Source: Waddliaceae bacterium (lineage in GTDB: Bacteria > Chlamydiota > Chlamydiia > Chlamydiales > Waddliaceae). From it: DNA of 43,951 nucleotides. The translations under genes were made by a program, and so were the position numbers. Below are positions 9,960 through 19,202 of this stretch, in pieces; the stretch's first letter is position 1; each line of letters begins with the position of its first letter. A model generated the notes under the pieces. The model worked only from the letters and a program-made list of their open reading frames with translations. It made no database searches and was not told the origin of the DNA. Where the stretch lies: positions 1 through 43,951 of the forward strand of contig CAVRUH010000008.1 of assembly GCA_963724325.1 (NCBI GenBank). The letters run 5' to 3'.

Positions 9960-11615
9960 TGTAGGCGCAACGTAAAAATGATCCCTCTCAACAAAATAGA
10001 AATGATCCCTAATTAAGAAAATCCTATTATGACTTCTTTTAATAAGAGAAGCCAATAGGAGGTAAAATTGGAGGATCTTTTTATGAGCTCTAAGGAGATT
10101 CAAAGAGCATTGACGCTCGAGAATGTCAAATCTAAAGTAATTAGCCTAAAGCAGGCATCTGCACTTTTAAGTATATCTTATCCACAGGCTAAAAGGCTGT
10201 GGGCCAAGTACAAAATTGAAGGTGCAAAAGGCCTTGCATCCAAGAAACGAGGTAAAAAAAGTAACCGTGCCATTCCCCTTGAAAGACGCCAACAAATAGA
10301 GAAAATCATTAGTGAATATTACAAGGGTTTCGCCCCTTTATTCATTTCGGAGAAACTTGAAGAAGCACATGATATCAAATATTCATCGGAATTCATAAGG
10401 CAGTTAATGATTGAGTACCATTTATGGACCCCAAAGAAGTCTAAAAAAAGCATTCATCAACGTAGAGAAAGAAGGGAATGTGAAGGAGAACTTGTACAAA
10501 TTGATGCATCAAACCATAAGTGGTTTGAAGAAAGAGGGGCAAAATGTCATCTCCATCTCCTGATTGATGATGCATCCTCAACCATTTATGGTGCATATTT
10601 TGCTAAGGAAGAGACGACCGAGGCATATTTTCAAACATGTTTGCCTTATTTTTCGAGTAGAGGACTTCCTATTAATCTTTACGCAGACAAAAGAGGGACT
10701 TTTAAAGTTAATCAAGGTGGAAAAGAGGGGGCCGAAACACAATTTTCAAGAGCTATGAAGGAGCTTGATGTAAAAATAATTTTCGCTCATTCGCCACAAG
10801 CAAAAGGGCGCATTGAGAGGGTCTTTGGAACTCTTCAAGAACGTTTGGTATGGGAGATGCGTATTGCAGGTATCTCCACTATCAAAGAAGCCAATAAGTT
10901 TTTGCCTAACTTCATCGAGAACTTTAACAAACGGTTCAGGGTTGAACCCGCCAACACTTTCAATGCACATCGCAAATTAAAGCAAAACCAGTCTTTAAAG
11001 TACACACTTTGTAAAAAGGAACAATGTAAAGTAACACAAAACCTAGAAATTCAATACAATAAGATAACTTATCAACTTAATCCACCCGAACATCTACGGG
11101 AGGCACTAAAACGGGCAATGATTGTTGCCATTACGACTCTTGATAATGAATTGATATTTCAATACCAGGGGATAATGATTGAATATCAAATATTTGATGA
11201 TTTACCATATAAGCCAAATCAAGTAACTGAAGAAGAAAGGCTTAAGAATTGGAAGGAAAGAGTTAAACACAACCCTGGAAAAGGTCACCCTTGGAAAAGA
11301 CATAAGCTTAATCCCAAAACAATGGAAAGGTGCTAACTATAAGCTTATAACTTCAGACTCGTCCCTGCAAAAGGGCGAGGGGGGCTCCGCGCCCCCCTCG
11401 CCCTCCCCTGCGCCAAAGGGCAGGGCCCTCTGGACACCCAAATAATTGGGGGTTCCTCGCCCCCTTTGCAAACCTCTCCTGAAGTGTTTATCTTTACGTT
11501 CAAGTCTTAAAACTACATAGATGTTAAATAAAAGGTTTTATGCTATAATGAAGATGTCTCGAAAGGGATCATTTCTAATTTGTCGGAAAGGGATCATTTC
11601 TATTTTGCGCTAACA
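9960..11615 (+). mobile_element. Complete insertion sequence, IS1202/ISNCY-type (1656 bp)
   Basis: TGT...ACA ends; imperfect ~52-bp TIRs each with two AAATGATCCCT sub-repeats; flanking 16-bp direct repeat ATATTTATACATTTTT at 9944-9959 and 11616-11631. Confidence 0.93.
10068..11336 (+). CDS. DDE transposase (ISNCY/IS1202 group)
   Basis: N-terminal HTH; GELVQIDAS..HKWFE, LIDDASS, YADK, SPQAKGRIERVFGTLQERL; RBS AGGAGG before TTG. Confidence 0.95.
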   Translation: MEDLFMSSKEIQRALTLENVKSKVISLKQASALLSISYPQAKRLWAKYKIEGAKGLASKKRGKKSNRAIPLERRQQIEKIISEYYKGFAPLFISEKLEEAHDIKYSSEFIRQLMIEYHLWTPKKSKKSIHQRRERRECEGELVQIDASNHKWFEERGAKCHLHLLIDDASSTIYGAYFAKEETTEAYFQTCLPYFSSRGLPINLYADKRGTFKVNQGGKEGAETQFSRAMKELDVKIIFAHSPQAKGRIERVFGTLQERLVWEMRIAGISTIKEANKFLPNFIENFNKRFRVEPANTFNAHRKLKQNQSLKYTLCKKEQCKVTQNLEIQYNKITYQLNPPEHLREALKRAMIVAITTLDNELIFQYQGIMIEYQIFDDLPYKPNQVTEEERLKNWKERVKHNPGKGHPWKRHKLNPKTMERC

Positions 11616-11723
11616 ATATTTATACATTTTTTTAAAGAATTTGTGTTTATAAAATTTTTAATATTGTATAATTATATTTAGGTACTTAAAATCAATGCTA
11701 TCGTCCGATGGTGAGGTTAAAAT

Positions 11724-13208
11724 ATGGTAAAAAGTACAGGCGATCTAAATTTCAAAAGAATCAATGTTCATGCTAATAGTGGTCTTGCCAAACGGAGCAA
11801 TTCAAGTGAAGGTAAAATTGAGCGATATTCACTAGGAAAGTTTATTAAGGTTGTGTTGATCACTCCCCGAAATTATACAAGAATTTTACAGGTTATTGGA
11901 TTCCTATTTGTGCAAGGAGTTTTAAAACTTTCATTTATATTCACTTCCAAAATAGGTTTTGGCAAATTAAGTGTGAAAATTAAAGATCAGCACACTTTCG
12001 TGATGAAAAATAAAGTAGTTGTTTTAAATAGGATCACCCACGCTTGGGGTAAAAAAATCTTTGGTGACCGGTTAAAGGGGACCACGGTAAATATAGGAAA
12101 AGCCAATGTAACGAAAAAGCAGGAAGAAGAAGGTATTAAAGCTGCTCTAGATGTTTTAAAAAAGGACCCAACTATTGCTAGAATTCTTGATGAAAATCCA
12201 GAGATAGAATCTAATATACGAACTTTTATTATTTTTGGTGTTTGCTGGGGATCATCTATAGAATTCATTCGCGATTATTTGGAGGCAAAGAAGGAAGATC
12301 CATCAAGATCTAATATACTTGAGGATATTACAGTTAAGTTGTCGAAGGGTGCTGATCTTGTTGCAACAATTAAGCATGGGATATATTTGCAGTTATGGAA
12401 TTTTAAAAATCAGTTAGGGAATCAATACGGTGATTGGACGATGTTCAGAAGAGGTTTGGTGGGGCTTAGATTGAATCAGGAAAAACTGGGAGATGTCAAT
12501 TGCGACAAATTGATGATTTGTACAGATATACTCAAAAAAATATATAACAATAATGAAACGAAAGATCTAATAACTGAGATGTCTGAGCCTTATAACTCAG
12601 AAAATAAATTAATAAACCTTATAAACAATAATAGTTCGGAAGAAGAAATTGAATTGACAAGTGATGAGGTAGGTTATTTGTCTAGTATGATTGAGTATAT
12701 TCGGTTTCGAAAGGGTAAATGTACATTGTCCAATGAAAGTAAAGAAAGAGTGAGAATTTTGTTTCAATCGGAATGGATAACTTCACAAAGAGATTTGCAT
12801 GAGAAAATTATTAACTTGGACAACATACAAGATAGTCCAGATGGTACTTCTCGAGCAGCTCTAAAAGAAGTTGATATTGATCTTGGAGAGACAGTGGGGT
12901 TATTTGAGCTGTTTGATTCTACTAAAGAGCAAATTAAAGATATAAATGATTTACCTACAGGTGCTTACCAAATTAGTTTTACCACTGGAAATGGATCTCA
13001 TGCATGTGTATTTATAAAAGAGGAAGGGAATACTACTCTATTTGACATCTATTATGGTATGATTGAATGTGGCGATCAGGACCCTGCAGAGGCATTACTG
13101 CAGCTTATGTATTCCTATAAACCTCCCAATATACCACCAGGAAATGATAAAAAAGCTGATCCCAATTATAGATTTGAAATTTACGGGTACGAGCTTGCTA
13201 AAAAATAG
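11724..13208 (+). CDS. YopT/AvrPphB-like (C58) cysteine protease, candidate effector
   Basis: GVCWG (Cys174), SHACVF (His426), LFDIYYG (Asp441); His-Asp spacing of 15. Confidence 0.7.
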   Translation: MVKSTGDLNFKRINVHANSGLAKRSNSSEGKIERYSLGKFIKVVLITPRNYTRILQVIGFLFVQGVLKLSFIFTSKIGFGKLSVKIKDQHTFVMKNKVVVLNRITHAWGKKIFGDRLKGTTVNIGKANVTKKQEEEGIKAALDVLKKDPTIARILDENPEIESNIRTFIIFGVCWGSSIEFIRDYLEAKKEDPSRSNILEDITVKLSKGADLVATIKHGIYLQLWNFKNQLGNQYGDWTMFRRGLVGLRLNQEKLGDVNCDKLMICTDILKKIYNNNETKDLITEMSEPYNSENKLINLINNNSSEEEIELTSDEVGYLSSMIEYIRFRKGKCTLSNESKERVRILFQSEWITSQRDLHEKIINLDNIQDSPDGTSRAALKEVDIDLGETVGLFELFDSTKEQIKDINDLPTGAYQISFTTGNGSHACVFIKEEGNTTLFDIYYGMIECGDQDPAEALLQLMYSYKPPNIPPGNDKKADPNYRFEIYGYELAKK

Positions 13209-13299
13209 AATAAAACGAAATATTAGTCGAAATATTGTTTATAATTAATTATTTTTATGTCATTATTGAATTAAAGATATAACTGATTAAGGTGTTAAT

Positions 13300-14259
13300 A
13301 TGTTACGCGGAGTGCGAAAAGTAAATGAACCTTTTGATTATAATAATTTAAATGCGCCTGGTAGGCTTAAGGCGCTCGATAAGAAAGGTAAATGGGAGAA
13401 GGTTGATAGCACTGTGCGTACGGTTAAGGATCTTACAGTGACTTGTAAGTTTGAGCGTCACTATACCAAAGGTGAGCGCGTTGGCAGGGGAGTTTTGGCG
13501 ACAGCGGCAGCAGTCTTCACTTTAGGGCTTGCCCTTTTCAGCAGGGATGTTCGCAAGTTGTATACCGATGACATAAAAAGTGTTTCTTTTGGAGTTAATT
13601 CCCATAAATTAGAGTTATTTCTTTTTAAGCCTGACAGAGACATTTTGACATCCCCATTCGCGAAAGGGTATTTTTGTTTTCTGCAGAATCTATTTCCAGA
13701 TAAGTTAGCTAAAGTTGTAAAAGATATTGTTAACAATGATGAGTTTTTTGAAAATTCAAAAAATCATATTGATGATTGGGGTAAAACCAATTCTCGCCTA
13801 GGTGATCGGCAGAATCCAGTGAATCAACGAAGTGCACTTGTTCATTTAATTGGCACATGTATTAAAGCTGGCTGTGAATTCTCTGACGATTTAAAGGATA
13901 CGATTGTAGATCGTTTACTATATCAAACTGATCTTAGAACGGCAAGCGCTGAAGAAAAAGTCTCTGCATTTGATGTTTTGATAGCTAGTTTTGACAATAA
14001 CTCACAAAACATAAATAAATTTTTTGCTATCCTGGATCCAGAAATCATAGATTCGCTTAATTTATTGAATCAATCGGGGAACATAGAGTCATATGATGCA
14101 GATAGTTTGTACAGGCTTGCAAATTTTATAACAAAAAATAAATCAGCAATAGACGAAGATTTTCCATCAAAGGAAATAGCAGATGCTATCATGACGTACG
14201 CTAAGAGGATAAATTGTGCGAGTAAGTTAAAGGATGTCTGTGATGAAATTGCAGGCTAG
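13300..14259 (+). CDS. Hypothetical protein with one hydrophobic segment, candidate effector
   Basis: 319-aa ORF; GVLATAAAVFTLGLALFS segment near N-terminus. Confidence 0.7.
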   Translation: MLRGVRKVNEPFDYNNLNAPGRLKALDKKGKWEKVDSTVRTVKDLTVTCKFERHYTKGERVGRGVLATAAAVFTLGLALFSRDVRKLYTDDIKSVSFGVNSHKLELFLFKPDRDILTSPFAKGYFCFLQNLFPDKLAKVVKDIVNNDEFFENSKNHIDDWGKTNSRLGDRQNPVNQRSALVHLIGTCIKAGCEFSDDLKDTIVDRLLYQTDLRTASAEEKVSAFDVLIASFDNNSQNINKFFAILDPEIIDSLNLLNQSGNIESYDADSLYRLANFITKNKSAIDEDFPSKEIADAIMTYAKRINCASKLKDVCDEIAG

Positions 14260-14266
14260 AACTTCA

Positions 14267-14305
14267 TAATCGTAACCACCGTTACCGTAATGGTGGTTAC
14301 AATTA
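14267..14305. terminator. Bidirectional terminator-like hairpin
   Basis: GTAACCACC-GTTAC / GTAAT-GGTGGTTAC inverted repeat between convergent genes. Confidence 0.6.
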
Positions 14306-14315
14306 ATATAGTAGT

Positions 14316-14888
14316 CTATTTGCGTCTTTTGCGTGGATGTTGAAAGTGGCGGATGGCTTCTTTTACCATATCTTTGGATGCGGTCCATTTTTCGACCCGT
14401 TTCCCTTCGAGAACGAAAGTAGATTGGTTTGAGGGTTTCACTTTAGGCCATATTTTTATAAATTGTGTCGGTGTGAATGCGAATAGATGTTCTTTTTTGG
14501 AAATAAGATTCCATCGAATGGTGGACATCGGATGATCCGGAGAGGCCTGGGTATAGGATTTTGGTTCTATAAGAGGTATTACATGTTTAAAGAAACAGGT
14601 CATCTTCAGTTTCATTTCGCTAATATCATAAAGTAGCTGTATTCTTTCCCATAGATTGTAACAATTGAGTCTTTCTTGGAGAGGTTGGTTTCCACTCTGA
14701 TCGAAAGGAGTTGCTCGCAGGTATTTTACTGCAATATCATTAATGGTGACATATCCTTGATATCTTTCAATGGATACAATTCTCTCTCCATACCATGAGA
14801 TGTTCACTTGTGCTTTTTTTAGCATGGAACTAAGTGTAGATACTGTTTCATTTGCTGAAATGGAATTTAATTTTTCGCTTAATAGCAT
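14316..14888 (-). CDS. Hypothetical protein with basic C-terminus
   Basis: 190-aa ORF, RBS AGGAG upstream, ends HPRKRRK. Confidence 0.7.
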   Translation of the reverse strand: MLLSEKLNSISANETVSTLSSMLKKAQVNISWYGERIVSIERYQGYVTINDIAVKYLRATPFDQSGNQPLQERLNCYNLWERIQLLYDISEMKLKMTCFFKHVIPLIEPKSYTQASPDHPMSTIRWNLISKKEHLFAFTPTQFIKIWPKVKPSNQSTFVLEGKRVEKWTASKDMVKEAIRHFQHPRKRRK

Positions 14889-15048
14889 GTGATTTCTCCT
14901 TAACTGGACTTTGTAAGATTTTTGGCTTCTTGTTAATTATTATAGATTTATGATTGATTATTCACAAGGGTTATTACAAAAAAAATTTTGGTTTGACTTT
15001 TTGCTGATTGTATGTTAAAAAAGTTAAACTTTTAAAGGGGTATTTCTT

Positions 15049-16827
15049 ATGGATTCTGCTGCACAAGTTGTTTTTGAATGCATTAAATTTGACTGGCAAC
15101 TGTTTGACCAGCAAGTAGATGAAGACAGTCAAAGCCGTCAAAAGATAAGTGAATTCCGTGAAAAAATTGTGGATAAGGCTCTGAACATATTTTATCACAA
15201 AAGCATGGATCAAGTTGGCCTGCGCATCAATAGGCCTTTTAACTTGGTGGTGAGGTGGATTGAACCAGGCGGACCAAAATCGGGTTCTGCGCAGGGGCTT
15301 GGAGATCTTTCGAATGCTGTTAAAACTGTAAAAATGTTTCAAAGGCAGTTTCCAAGTGCGAATATTTTCATGACCAATAAGTTTTACGAAGAGGAAGAAA
15401 CCCTAACTGCTAAGGCCAATAGAAAACATATTATTGAATTAGATGTTTCTGATAAAAATAACGAACTGCTTCTTGGAATTTATTCTCCAAAAGCTCTTCG
15501 CAAATATCTTAGAACAAATTACTCAACAATCCCAACAATCATGTTTGATGTGGCAACTCCTGATAAAACCTTATGGCCATTCAAGATAAAAGATATAAAA
15601 TCTTCGAAATTGAATCTTATGGGATGTTACCATATCGATGAATACAATGGAAAGCGAACAAAGGACATTGGTTTTGATGGGGATTTAAGACACAATTGGT
15701 TTTCGGAGGGCATAGGTCTCGATAAAAGGAAAAATCCTGCTATCGGCGTGCATTTGGATCCTACTCTAGCAGACAAATCACTTTCTTTATCTGAGATCTT
15801 GCCTTTGCTTGAAAACGAGGAATTAAGGAATCACTTGAATCGCCCTGAGAAAAGAGAATTTTATTTCGGTTATTCATCTGAGGATGATGAAGCTCAGTAT
15901 TTCCGGTTTATCAACACTGTTCTTGAATATGAAGCGGAAGAAACCCGAAAGAATGATGTCGAATTTTTCCTTCTAACGCAAGATAGATATTTCGTCAAGA
16001 AATGGTTTAAAAATATTTTTGAAGAGGAATGGCAAAACTCTGCATATAGATCGATTATTGTATATGATCAAAAAAAGGAAGATTTGAGGTTTGAAGTTCT
16101 TCTCAATCCAAATGCGAAACGAACCATTCGATTTTCACAGTGGCACACTCACTTACCTCATCATGACATGAGACTGCTTATGCAGGCAACGGGGAAAGTA
16201 ATATTAGTTACTGGGGATCAAAGTTGGTCAGAGGCGGTTTCTCTAAAAAATAGAGTGATTCTTTATGAGGTGAGGGAGTGGAAGTTTTCTTTGGTGCAAC
16301 AAATGTTTAATCTGTCTATTTTGAAGTACGGTGAAGAGAGTAAAATTTCCAATTATTTTTTGAAAATGGCTAATATCGGGGCGGCCGACCGTGGCAGAAC
16401 CTGGATTAGTCGAAATTTTGCGCAGCTGCTGAGGGATGAGGAGTTTTTGTGTCAGCATAGGGGCATTATGGAACTTGTACATGAAAGATATAATGCTGAA
16501 ACTTGGTTATTTGGGATGATCGAGAGACAAATTTCCAGGCATGATTTTCCCAGTCTTGAAAATGCTGGAAAGCCTTTTCGCAAAAATCTTAGGGGACAAT
16601 TGTATACAGTTGATGTTGCAGAGGTATTTTCTGGTAAAATTCAAAATGCCTTTAATCAGCTGAAGGTTGTCAAAAGAGAAAGGCCTAATGAGCTTCTTCC
16701 CATGCAAGTTGTTGCTACCCCTTTTCGTCGTGAGCTTGTGGGGAAAGTGAGCAAGCTCTTCGGCGCTCAAATACCAGTGGTTAGTTCGGATAATATTAAG
16801 AAAAAGCAAAAATTATCCGATGATTAA
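15049..16827 (+). CDS. Hypothetical protein, possibly GT-B glycosyltransferase-like
   Basis: 592-aa ORF; GLGDLSN and LVTGDQSWSEAV motifs; function is inference. Confidence 0.65.
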   Translation: MDSAAQVVFECIKFDWQLFDQQVDEDSQSRQKISEFREKIVDKALNIFYHKSMDQVGLRINRPFNLVVRWIEPGGPKSGSAQGLGDLSNAVKTVKMFQRQFPSANIFMTNKFYEEEETLTAKANRKHIIELDVSDKNNELLLGIYSPKALRKYLRTNYSTIPTIMFDVATPDKTLWPFKIKDIKSSKLNLMGCYHIDEYNGKRTKDIGFDGDLRHNWFSEGIGLDKRKNPAIGVHLDPTLADKSLSLSEILPLLENEELRNHLNRPEKREFYFGYSSEDDEAQYFRFINTVLEYEAEETRKNDVEFFLLTQDRYFVKKWFKNIFEEEWQNSAYRSIIVYDQKKEDLRFEVLLNPNAKRTIRFSQWHTHLPHHDMRLLMQATGKVILVTGDQSWSEAVSLKNRVILYEVREWKFSLVQQMFNLSILKYGEESKISNYFLKMANIGAADRGRTWISRNFAQLLRDEEFLCQHRGIMELVHERYNAETWLFGMIERQISRHDFPSLENAGKPFRKNLRGQLYTVDVAEVFSGKIQNAFNQLKVVKRERPNELLPMQVVATPFRRELVGKVSKLFGAQIPVVSSDNIKKKQKLSDD

Positions 16828-17522
16828 TTTACAGTCCAAGGGCGTAATAGAGCAGTTATTTCTTCTGGTGCTTCCATTGGGCTCATGTGGCCGCTGTCTT
16901 TTACGTAATCCAGTTGGGCTTTTGGAATGAGGGCGGCAAGTTCTTTCAGGCATTCTTCAGAGAAGTTTTGATCTTGTTGGGCGTGAATAACAAGGGTGGG
17001 GACGTGAATATTGGGTAATATAGGAATGCAGTCGTTCCTTTGCATCATAGCATGTTGCTGATGAATGAAGGAATCTTTGCCAACCTTTAAAAACATCTCG
17101 AGAACGCTTTCATAAACAGATTTTTTAAAAACGAAATGGTCAGCTATTTGGCGTGCAATATCGAAAAATTTGCCATCTTGTACGGCTTGTATCATTTCCT
17201 TGCGGCGTGCGAGTTTTTCAGTGCTATCAATCCTTGCCGTTGTATTTATGAGGCAGAGCTTTAGGACTCTTTCGGGGGCTTCACGCATCACTTCTAATGC
17301 AAGCCAGCCTCCCATAGAATGGCCGCACAGTGCAAATTTAGCGGGTGCGGCAGAAAGTATTTTGTTTACCATTTTTTCTGGGGTGTCTTCATCGGTCAAG
17401 GTGACCACAGTTATAGAGGCGATATCTTTCAAGCCAGAAATCTGATGTTTCCATACTGTTTCATTTGAAAGCAGTCCCGGAACAAATACTAACGGAATCT
17501 TTTGTGTCTTCATTTCCCGCAT
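16824..17522 (-). CDS. Alpha/beta-fold hydrolase
   Basis: LVFVPGL, GHSMGG, PTLVIHA..D, SGHMSPME. Confidence 0.9.
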   Translation of the reverse strand: MREMKTQKIPLVFVPGLLSNETVWKHQISGLKDIASITVVTLTDEDTPEKMVNKILSAAPAKFALCGHSMGGWLALEVMREAPERVLKLCLINTTARIDSTEKLARRKEMIQAVQDGKFFDIARQIADHFVFKKSVYESVLEMFLKVGKDSFIHQQHAMMQRNDCIPILPNIHVPTLVIHAQQDQNFSEECLKELAALIPKAQLDYVKDSGHMSPMEAPEEITALLRPWTVN

Positions 17523-17575
17523 ACTACAAGATAGTAAATATTACAACAAATGCTAAAATTCTTGCCTGCATCAAA

Positions 17576-17890
17576 AAAACACGATATGCAGGCATACGCA
17601 TTAACCTAAAATATCTTTTACCACAGAGAACACGAGAGAGATCATTGATATTGATACCTTGTTAATCTTCATACAAAAAGAAAACACGATATGCAGGCAT
17701 ACGCATTAACCTAAAATATCTTTTACCACAGCGAACACAAGAGAGATCATTGATATTGATACCTTGTTAATCTTCATACAAAAAGAAAACACGATATGCA
17801 GGCATACGCATTAACCTAAAATATCTTTTACCACAGCGAACACAAGAGAGATCATTGATATTGATACCTTGTTAATCTTCATATAAAAAG
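17576..17890. repeat. Tandem array of three near-identical 105-bp units
   Basis: Unit AAAACACGATATGCAGGCATACGC...CTTCATACAAAAAG starts at 17576, 17681 and 17786; only a few substitutions. Confidence 0.95.
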
Positions 17891-18053
17891 AAAACAGGAT
17901 ATGCAAGATCGCAAGCGGCAGGATATGAATGATACTGCGTCATGAAGTCACGCATAGGAGGTGTTTCTTAATAAACACCTCCTATGCGTGACTTCATGAC
18001 GCAAAATCCTTCATATCCTGCCGCTTGCGATCTTGCATATCCTGTTTTCTTTT
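17887..18053. repeat. Long near-perfect palindrome (~80-bp arms)
   Basis: AAAAGAAAACAGGATATGCAAGATCGC...GGAGGTGTTT, loop CTTAAT, then its reverse complement with 3 mismatches; degenerate pairing extends to about 17862/18075. Confidence 0.95.
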
Positions 18054-18076
18054 AGAGAAATAGCAAGATATCAATG

Positions 18077-19099
18077 TTAGAGCTGCAAAGCTTCTTGGAT
18101 GTTGTCTATGTAGGCATCGAATTGGGGACCGAGTGCCGGTAGGGAAATTGTGTGGTTGCTGGATTTACAACCTATGACGTCAATCTTAATCTTCTTTAAG
18201 GTTGCCCCCGGATTAGATTTTTTAAAGACTTTATGCAGAGATGCTTGGTATTTAATAATATGGTCATTTTTGGCAACGATTGTGAACTTATAACCATTAA
18301 TTTTGCGATAATTGCTAACACTGTCAAATTTCCACCCTCCAAGCCATGCAATTCCTCCCAAGAGACCGCCTACTACCGGAATCAATCCTTTGACCGCATG
18401 TGTTAGAGTCGCGAATGAGCGATCATTGCAAAGATGCATTTCATGACCGGGTTCTTGGTGAAGGGCAGCGACTTCAGTAGCGACACCACCACCAATCGAC
18501 CAGCCATGCAATAGAATGTTCTCTGAAGGAACACCAGATGCTAGCAGCTTTTGAACCATGGCTTCTCCATCAAGGATCATATCATGTGTTGAGTTGGCTC
18601 TTCCTTTGCTTTCCATCACTCCGCGATAGTTGCCTGTGTAAACGTTTGCTCCGGTTCTGACTGAAATTTCCTTTAATTCTTCAATGAGATCCTCATAACT
18701 AGCGGCATTAGGATTAAAGAATACAATCCATTTTTGTTGTGCAGCAGGCAAGTTAAGTTGATTTGCATTCTGCCTCATGAGTGTATCAAGTTCGACGCCG
18801 TCTGCTGTTGTTACTTTGACTTGATGAAGGTGATTAGATGGGTCTTGGACCATTGCATTTTTGATGTTTATTAGGTGTTGATTTTGGTCGCTTCTGCAGG
18901 TATAGGTTGCTGGCAGGACAGCCAGTCTTCCTGCAAAGTTGACTAACAGACGAACAAGACCTATGGGGAATACGATGGCGGAGAAGATGTTCCAGGCGAT
19001 GCGGCATATTTTTTGAAAACGCTCGAGGTGAATATTGATTTTAAAAACGTTTCTTTCTGGGGTAACTTGAAAGTTATCTGTTAAATTCTGGACCAACAT
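18077..19099 (-). CDS. Chlamydial-type alpha/beta-hydrolase family protein (candidate effector)
   Basis: NYRGVMESKG, HGWSIGG, NDRSF, DHII, terminal His; start moved to ATG 19099 because of RBS AAGGA. Confidence 0.82.
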   Translation of the reverse strand: MLVQNLTDNFQVTPERNVFKINIHLERFQKICRIAWNIFSAIVFPIGLVRLLVNFAGRLAVLPATYTCRSDQNQHLINIKNAMVQDPSNHLHQVKVTTADGVELDTLMRQNANQLNLPAAQQKWIVFFNPNAASYEDLIEELKEISVRTGANVYTGNYRGVMESKGRANSTHDMILDGEAMVQKLLASGVPSENILLHGWSIGGGVATEVAALHQEPGHEMHLCNDRSFATLTHAVKGLIPVVGGLLGGIAWLGGWKFDSVSNYRKINGYKFTIVAKNDHIIKYQASLHKVFKKSNPGATLKKIKIDVIGCKSSNHTISLPALGPQFDAYIDNIQEALQL

Positions 19100-19202
19100 G
19101 TTTATATCCTTTTTTAAAATTATTTTTTTGTTATGCAATGATTGTAGCATTTCTATGTAAAGATTGTATAAATTTATTGCCTAAAGTGGTAAAATATGAC
19201 CT

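Noticed and set aside
17601..17882. Repeated 23-aa hydrophobic mini-ORF (MKINKVSISMISLVFAVVKDILG) on the minus strand as a type I toxin
   Set aside because: No RBS upstream and no evident antisense RNA signals; likely chance
17576..17890. CRISPR array interpretation of the tandem repeat
   Set aside because: Whole 105-bp units are near-identical with no unique spacers, and there are no cas genes in the window
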